From assembly GCA_044376115.1 (NCBI GenBank), contig JBILLK010000012.1:32001-96000 (forward strand): a stretch of 64,000 nucleotides of DNA, read 5' to 3'. The notes below the pieces were generated by a model. It was not told the DNA's origin, made no database searches, and saw nothing but the letters and a program-made list of their open reading frames with translations. Source of the stretch: Polyangiaceae bacterium. GTDB taxonomy: Bacteria; Myxococcota_A; Polyangia; Polyangiales; Polyangiaceae. Positions 58,453 through 64,000 of the stretch are shown one piece after another; positions within the stretch are counted from its first letter, which is position 1, and the number at the start of each line of letters is the position of its first letter. The position numbers and the translations under genes are program-made.

Positions 58453-59712
58453 CTAAGCCGAGAGGAGGTGCTCGAGCTTTCGGCGAGCAGCTAGCCCCAC
58501 CGCAGCGTTGATCGCCTCGCTCTTCGACTGGGAGAGCTGGCCCCAAGGCGCGGCTTTATCGTCCAACGCACGGCTAAACACGACCGGCTCGGCTCGATAG
58601 TCGGCGACGGCGTCTCGCACCGAGCTTCCGCCCGCTTGCAGCGCAAAACGCAGCACCTCCCAGCCAAGTTTCGCGTGGCGTGCTTCATCCCGTGCAACGC
58701 CGCCGAGCACGTGGCGTACAGCTTGATAGCGGGCCCCACGTGCGGCTTCGGCCGCGCGCGAACTGGCTCCGCCCTCGTTGAGGCAGCCGTCGAGCCAACT
58801 CTCGATCGCCAGCCGAGTTAGACCGTCCTCACGGCCGAGCAGCTGCCGGCGCGGGGTAACCGGTATACGCGGCACAACCAGCGCGCCACAAAGTTGGGAC
58901 GCAATAGCGGCGCAGCTCTGCGCATGCCGAATCTCGTCCTCTGCAGCGTCGAGCGCTGCGTCGACCAGCGCCATTGGCGCACCGAGCTGCAGTAGCTCCT
59001 GGGCGAGCAGTAGGAACGCTGGAACGGACGCAGCCTCGGCCTGTGCGTCTTCCGCCCAAGCGCGGGCGACGACCTCATCCACATTGGATGGGGAGGCAGC
59101 GTACGGCTCAGAAACGCATGCCTGACCTGGATCGACGAGTTGCCCGGCCGCGCGCAGAGGGCGGCCAATGACGCAGGTATCCTGACTCATGCCGAAGCGG
59201 CCTGGCAACACAACGCCGCCACCAACCGAATACTCATCAAGCAGCCATTCGGCGCGAATAAAGTTGGTCCACGCACTGACGGGCGTAAACGGTATATCGA
59301 CGTTGAGGGCGGTGTGGATGCCAACGCCAAGCTCTTCGTTAACGTGCAGCGCGACTCCGGCCTCACCGTCGATGACGGGTGCTGCATCGCCGTCTACCAC
59401 GTTGGCCCCACCGTGAACTGCGGCGACAGCCCGGAAGGTATCCCCGTCAATGCCGCCGAGCTGAGTGGTGAAGCCAAGTCCACCACGTTGACCGCTACCG
59501 CACGAGTCTGCGCCTTCAAGCAGGTAGCTGAAGCCACCCTCAAAGCCCCAGCCCACGCCGAACCTCTCACCAAAGACGAAGGAGACATAGGTTCCGGCCG
59601 ACCCGACGAACTCTTGAGCCTGCGCTTGCTGCGGGAAAATAGCCGTGGCCAGAGCGCCTAGAGCTGCAAGCCGCCGAACGCGCGAACGAACAGTTAAGGA
59701 AGGAAGCTGCAT
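58453..59712 (-). CDS. Secreted protein with an N-terminal beta-strand region and a C-terminal ferritin-like di-iron domain
   Basis: Signal peptide AQA. CVIGRP linker, then EAASVPAF, DEIRHA, GCLNE and DEARHA (two ExxH motifs). Confidence 0.85.
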   Translation of the reverse strand: MQLPSLTVRSRVRRLAALGALATAIFPQQAQAQEFVGSAGTYVSFVFGERFGVGWGFEGGFSYLLEGADSCGSGQRGGLGFTTQLGGIDGDTFRAVAAVHGGANVVDGDAAPVIDGEAGVALHVNEELGVGIHTALNVDIPFTPVSAWTNFIRAEWLLDEYSVGGGVVLPGRFGMSQDTCVIGRPLRAAGQLVDPGQACVSEPYAASPSNVDEVVARAWAEDAQAEAASVPAFLLLAQELLQLGAPMALVDAALDAAEDEIRHAQSCAAIASQLCGALVVPRIPVTPRRQLLGREDGLTRLAIESWLDGCLNEGGASSRAAEAARGARYQAVRHVLGGVARDEARHAKLGWEVLRFALQAGGSSVRDAVADYRAEPVVFSRALDDKAAPWGQLSQSKSEAINAAVGLAARRKLEHLLSA

Positions 59713-59724
59713 GAGTCCTTACAG

Positions 59725-59740
59725 AGCAAATGCTGAGCCA
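59725..59740 (-). promoter_or_regulatory. Candidate sigma54 promoter
   Basis: The minus strand reads TGGCTCAGCATTTGCT (GG-N10-GC with TTGC), directly upstream of ATG 59712. Confidence 0.4.
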
Positions 59741-59854
59741 CTACATTGGAGCCGCTAACCAAAGGAATGGGGCTAGTTCCATTGCAATGCGCAACGCCAG
59801 CGGGAGCCCTTGGCACAGCTTGCGCCGCGAGCCGCTCCCAATGCCATAGGCCAG

Positions 59855-60229
59855 TTACGGACTATTGTTGGCGCGGAGCCGGCGAACAATACGCTCCTCG
59901 AGCGCAGTCGCTTCAATGCCTAGCGTGGCTGCCGACGCTAAGAGCAGCGCATGCTCCTCAGGCTGCACCACGCCATCCACCACAGCGCCTTCAACCAAGA
60001 GCGCCATCACCCGCGCCTGGGTATCCGAAGGAAGCGCACGCAACGTCGAGGTAGCCCGGCCAGGATCGATCGACACCGGCTCCCGATCCACACTGGCCAC
60101 TCCGAGCCGCTCGAGCACCCGTCGCAAGAACTCACGCTCTTCCTCGGTGACGACACCATCGGCAGCGATGACGTTCTCAATCAGACCAGCAATCTTGTGA
60201 CGCTCCTCGAGTTCCACGCGAGCGAGCAT
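59855..60229 (-). CDS. TerB-family protein
   Basis: ADGVVTEEEREFL and VDGVVQPEEHALL paired motifs. Confidence 0.85.
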   Translation of the reverse strand: MLARVELEERHKIAGLIENVIAADGVVTEEEREFLRRVLERLGVASVDREPVSIDPGRATSTLRALPSDTQARVMALLVEGAVVDGVVQPEEHALLLASAATLGIEATALEERIVRRLRANNSP

Positions 60230-60296
60230 AGCCGACTCCAAGCGAGAACCGACTTAGGAATGACGGCTGACCAACCCTCGGTTCGATGGGAGGCGT

Positions 60297-61148
60297 TCAA
60301 CAGTCTTCGCGACAGCACAATACGCCGCCGCCCTCGGGACCCGACTTTATTACGGTATTGGCCTCCGTGCAGCTCCCGCCGTTGCAAATCCAGGGCGCTC
60401 CGAGCGCGCCACAGCCATCGTCGGAGAAACGAGTGATCGCGCCGCAGCCTGCGGTGGGCAAGCCGGCCGTCCCACAACCAAATATGTCATTGGCGGTGAT
60501 GTCCGTCTGCAAGCAGCCGCCAGCACAACTGCACTGAAGGCAGGGCTGGTCCACACTCGTGCCAATGGCACATACGCCACAACCGGTACCGCTCTGGCGC
60601 GTAACGAAGAAGAGCCCTGGTTCCGCGGTAGCGGCTTCGCAGCTGCCCCCGCAGGTTTCCACCGAGCTAGCGGTTTTGCATACGGTGAAGCCCTCGGCGC
60701 ACAAATCTTCGGCGCTACAGCCTGCTCCAACGGGATTCTCGGAGTCATCGCCAGCCTGCCGATCGCACGTGGCGACGAGCTCGCTCAGCAGGCCGGGGAT
60801 CGCGAAACCACCGGAGCAGCCCGCGATGTTTGGAAATGAGGCTGCATCGACGAAGCCCTCGCGCGTGCCGTCGGCGCAGCCGTTGATGGTTGCGCCACCA
60901 CCGACGTTGCCACCGCCGACGTTGCTACCACCTTGAGACTGGCCGCCCTGGGTTTGCCCGCCGCCTCCTGACGTCTGACCACCGCCTCCCGGCGCCTGGC
61001 CGCCGCCTCCTAGCGCTTGACCGCCAGTGCTGTTGGCTCCGCCGCTATTGCGCTCCGCGATCTCGAGCTCCGAGCGCGCACCGCAGGCAAGCCAAGCTCC
61101 GCTTAGGAAAAGCAGCGGGACCGTCGACGGAGCACGAGTAACCACCAT
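60297..61148 (-). CDS. Cys-rich lipoprotein with a Gly linker
   Basis: Lipobox WLAC, GGGGQ repeats, GCADGTREGF and terminal GGVLCCR. Start moved to ATG 61148. Confidence 0.75.
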   Translation of the reverse strand: MVVTRAPSTVPLLFLSGAWLACGARSELEIAERNSGGANSTGGQALGGGGQAPGGGGQTSGGGGQTQGGQSQGGSNVGGGNVGGGATINGCADGTREGFVDAASFPNIAGCSGGFAIPGLLSELVATCDRQAGDDSENPVGAGCSAEDLCAEGFTVCKTASSVETCGGSCEAATAEPGLFFVTRQSGTGCGVCAIGTSVDQPCLQCSCAGGCLQTDITANDIFGCGTAGLPTAGCGAITRFSDDGCGALGAPWICNGGSCTEANTVIKSGPEGGGVLCCREDC

Positions 61149-61296
61149 CGCCCAATGAGGTAGGCGCAGCACAGCAGCGTCAACTCGCAGTCTCTCAAAG
61201 CCGCATTCTTGACCGCAAAAACGACGACCTCGAGGCTCGCGCCCCGAGGTCACCATGATCACAGCGTTGCGCCCTGTTGGACGCTAACCGCCTATC

Positions 61297-63168
61297 TCAG
61301 GCCGGCTTGTTCGGCACCGGCACTCGCAGCTGACCACCCTGCTGCTGAGCGGCCATCGCGATTCCCTTTTGCACGAAGGTGCGCAGGAACTCGAGGTCGC
61401 TCGGCGGTGAGGTGATGAGCCCGGCGCCTTCAATCGCCTTGGCGGCCTGCAATACCTCGCGTGCCTTGTCATCCCCGGCGCGACCGCGCACGGTGATGGC
61501 AACGTCGCGCATACGGCGAGCGAGAATGGCGCGCTGCTCGGGAGTGAAGTAGCGATCGGTCGCGAGCTTGACCTCGTCACGAACGACCTCGTCCACCTTC
61601 TTGGCGTCCTCTGCGTCGGCCGGGTTGAGGCGCTGGCCCACTGCGCGGATCACCTCGTCGATGGCGCGCGGATCCGGCACCCAACCGCGGAACTCCGGCT
61701 CGCCGTGCAACGAAGCCGGTGCACTAGCGTCGCCCGCGAGGGAAGCCTCGAGATCGGCGAGCGGGTGCTTGGGCTCTTCGCTTGAGTCGCGCACGAGCAG
61801 CTCTTTGCAGCGCTCGAGACCGATCGGCACGAGCTGACCGCTCTTCGCGTTGTCCTTGAGAGCAACCTCCACCAGGTGACGTACCCACTCCACCGGAACG
61901 GTAGCCGGTGCGACGCCGGTAGCATCGGCGATGCGCTGGTGCGCTTCCTTGATTTGCGAGCGGCTCATCCAACCGGAAACAGCGTTCACCACGCCGGTTC
62001 CTTCACGCAGGATGACCTCAGCGATGTGTGCTCGCTCACCACCGCGCCGTTTGGCGATGGTCACCGAGACAGTGCCGCGACCATCGGGAGGCGTGAACGT
62101 GGCTTCGATGATCTCCTCTTCAACCAGGACGCTGGTCGCCGGCTTCAGACGCTCGGGCAGGGTCGCCCCCTTGGAGCGAAGCACGCTGAGCGCGCGACGA
62201 GCCGCCTTGCGAGCGTTGCCAGTGATGTCTTCGGAGGTGCCGGTCTCGACGATGGCTCCGAGGTTTTGCGACTTCATCCAAGCGTCGACCAGGGCTTCGC
62301 CAGCGTTGCCGGCGGCCTTGAGCGCTGCGACTGCGCCGGCTTGATCCACTCCGATGGCGGCGGTGTCCACGATCACCTCGCCCTTGGCGGGCTCAGCGGC
62401 TTTGGGCTTGGCCGGAGTTGCGGCGGTCTTGGCCGCGAGAGCCTCCTTCGCCGTCTTCGGCTTGGCGGCGCGTTCACGTTGCTCTTCGAGCGAGACGCGG
62501 GGCAAGCCAACCATGATGGTCTCGTGCAGGGTAGGGAGCTTCGCCGGAGGGGGCGGAGGGGGCTCGGGACGGCGAGCAGGCTGCGCCGGCCGTGCCTGAG
62601 CGATGCCGGGCTTGTTCTGATCCGGACCTTCACGGCGCTCGCGACGCTCGCGCGGCTTGCGCTCAGGACGCGGCTCATCCGGCTTGCGCGGCGGGAGGTT
62701 CAACCACTTGTCGACGAACTCAGCGCTCGAACGATCCAGCGGGCCACGACGATACTCGGGCATCGCTCGACCGCCGCTCACCCCGGGCCGACGGGGCAGG
62801 CCGTCATCCAACACAGGCCGACGCGGGCGTCCACCAAACGGACGACGCGCGCCTGCGTCACCAACACCAGCTGCACCGGGCTCGCCGCCTGCAGCCGTGG
62901 CCTCGGCGCCGGGGGCTCCGCCCGGACGAGGACCGCGGGGAGGACGACGCTGACGCGGCGGCGGACGGGGTGCATCGCCCGGCTTGCGGTCCGCACGAAC
63001 GTCCCACTTGCGCTGGGAGGAGGCTTCTCCTTCAGCGCCGGGAGCGGGCGCAGCAGGAGCTGCTCCCTCGACGGCGGCCTCGAACGTGGGCCTTTCGGCG
63101 CTTGAGGCAGAGCGTACGATCTTGCGTACGCGGGGCTTTTCCGGATTTTCTTTTTGATCGTCGCTCAT
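61297..63168 (-). CDS. Hypothetical protein with a disordered R/P-rich N-terminus and a globular C-terminal half
   Basis: ATG 63168 overlaps the ridA stop (ATGA) after a GGAG RBS. The longer ORF-track start overlaps ridA and was rejected. Confidence 0.75.
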   Translation of the reverse strand: MSDDQKENPEKPRVRKIVRSASSAERPTFEAAVEGAAPAAPAPGAEGEASSQRKWDVRADRKPGDAPRPPPRQRRPPRGPRPGGAPGAEATAAGGEPGAAGVGDAGARRPFGGRPRRPVLDDGLPRRPGVSGGRAMPEYRRGPLDRSSAEFVDKWLNLPPRKPDEPRPERKPRERRERREGPDQNKPGIAQARPAQPARRPEPPPPPPAKLPTLHETIMVGLPRVSLEEQRERAAKPKTAKEALAAKTAATPAKPKAAEPAKGEVIVDTAAIGVDQAGAVAALKAAGNAGEALVDAWMKSQNLGAIVETGTSEDITGNARKAARRALSVLRSKGATLPERLKPATSVLVEEEIIEATFTPPDGRGTVSVTIAKRRGGERAHIAEVILREGTGVVNAVSGWMSRSQIKEAHQRIADATGVAPATVPVEWVRHLVEVALKDNAKSGQLVPIGLERCKELLVRDSSEEPKHPLADLEASLAGDASAPASLHGEPEFRGWVPDPRAIDEVIRAVGQRLNPADAEDAKKVDEVVRDEVKLATDRYFTPEQRAILARRMRDVAITVRGRAGDDKAREVLQAAKAIEGAGLITSPPSDLEFLRTFVQKGIAMAAQQQGGQLRVPVPNKPA

Positions 63169-63569
63169 CGCGAATCTCCAGTGGATGTAACAACGTGGGC
63201 AATTGCTTCGATCTCGACGCGAGCGCCCCGCGGAAGCCGCGCCGCCTGAACGGTGGAACGCGCTGGCCAAGCGGACCGGAAGGTCTCTGCGTAGATCTCG
63301 TTGACGACCGAGAAGTCGTCCATATCTGCGAGAAAGATCGTCGTCTTCACGACATCGTCGAGCGTTGCACCCGAAGCTTCGAGCACAGCGCGCAAGTTCT
63401 TGAGGACCTGGTGGGTCTCCGCGGCAGTGCCGCCGCTCACCATCTGGCCCGAGACAGGGTCGAGGCCGATCTGGCCACTGGTAAAGACCCAACCGGAGGC
63501 ACGTACCGCCTGCGAATAAGGCCCGATGGCCTTCGGTGCGCCATCGGTTGCGATGACCGTCCTACTCAT
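63165..63569 (-). CDS. ridA: RidA/YjgF enamine deaminase
   Basis: APKAIGPYSQA, SGQI, VVKTTIFL, NEIY, PARSTV and VEIEAIA. Start moved to ATG 63569. Confidence 0.95.
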   Translation of the reverse strand: MSRTVIATDGAPKAIGPYSQAVRASGWVFTSGQIGLDPVSGQMVSGGTAAETHQVLKNLRAVLEASGATLDDVVKTTIFLADMDDFSVVNEIYAETFRSAWPARSTVQAARLPRGARVEIEAIAHVVTSTGDSR

Positions 63570-63591
63570 ACAGCCTCTTCCTTCCGCCTGG

Positions 63592-64000
63592 TCAAGCGAA
63601 CCTCCGACGATGCTCGACGGCACGCCCAAGCGTGATTGGATCGGCAAACTCGAGGTCCCCACCATGGGGCACTCCACTCGCGATCCGCGTTACGTTTGCG
63701 CCTGTGGCCGCGAGCTCGCGCGACACCAGCAGCGCCGTGGCCTCACCGTCCACCGACGGTGGTGTAGCCACCAGCACCTCACGGATGCGCCCTTCACTCG
63801 CGCGCACCCGCTCCACCAGACGGTCCACCCCGACGGCCTCGCGGTTCACACCATCGAGCGGGGAGAGCAGCTTGCCGAGCACGTGATAACGACCTCGCAT
63901 CGCTCCGCTGCGTTCAACCGCGAGCAGATCTTGGATACGAGCGACCACGCACAAGATCGAGTCGTCTCGCTTGGAGTCCCGACAGATCGTGCACAGAACC
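63592..64000 (-). CDS. recR: Recombination mediator RecR (5' end outside the window)
   Basis: CTICRDSKRD zinc-finger half, YHVLG.LLSPLDG, DGEATA and VTRIASGVP.GGDLEFAD..TL.RA. Confidence 0.95.
   Translation of the reverse strand, partial: VLCTICRDSKRDDSILCVVARIQDLLAVERSGAMRGRYHVLGKLLSPLDGVNREAVGVDRLVERVRASEGRIREVLVATPPSVDGEATALLVSRELAATGANVTRIASGVPHGGDLEFADPITLGRAVEHRRRFA

Noticed and set aside
61876..63635. 409-aa and 347-aa plus-strand ORFs
   Set aside because: They are antisense to the coupled ridA-hypothetical genes and have low-complexity composition.

Overview
This is a GC-rich, gene-dense bacterial window. The gene content (eukaryote-like Ser/Thr kinases, PEGA proteins, many Cys-rich lipoproteins, a 3.8-kaa AgmK-like TPR protein) points to a myxobacterium, probably Polyangiaceae-like (inference). 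I can support about 39 protein-coding genes. I saw no rRNA, tRNA, CRISPR array, integrase or transposase. Three loci stand out. (1) A compact four-gene inositol-lipid operon (42231-48708, minus): inositol-3-P synthase, an AUR1/IPC-synthase-like PAP2 protein, a CDP-alcohol phosphotransferase fused to GtrA, and an MMPL/RND exporter fused to a PgpA phosphatase. It looks like a fused, exporter-coupled version of the Bacteroides inositol (sphingo)lipid pathway. (2) A translationally coupled Zorya type III-like anti-phage operon (51354-56870) whose ZorA tail is lengthened by recent 54-bp (18-aa) tandem duplications. (3) An orphan PEP mutase/nucleotidyltransferase fusion (phosphonate biosynthesis) with no adjacent decarboxylase. 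A MerR-family gene missed by the ORF track runs off the left edge, and recR runs off the right edge. All family calls come from motifs recognised by eye, not from database searches. Several start codons were moved from the ORF track to more plausible positions.
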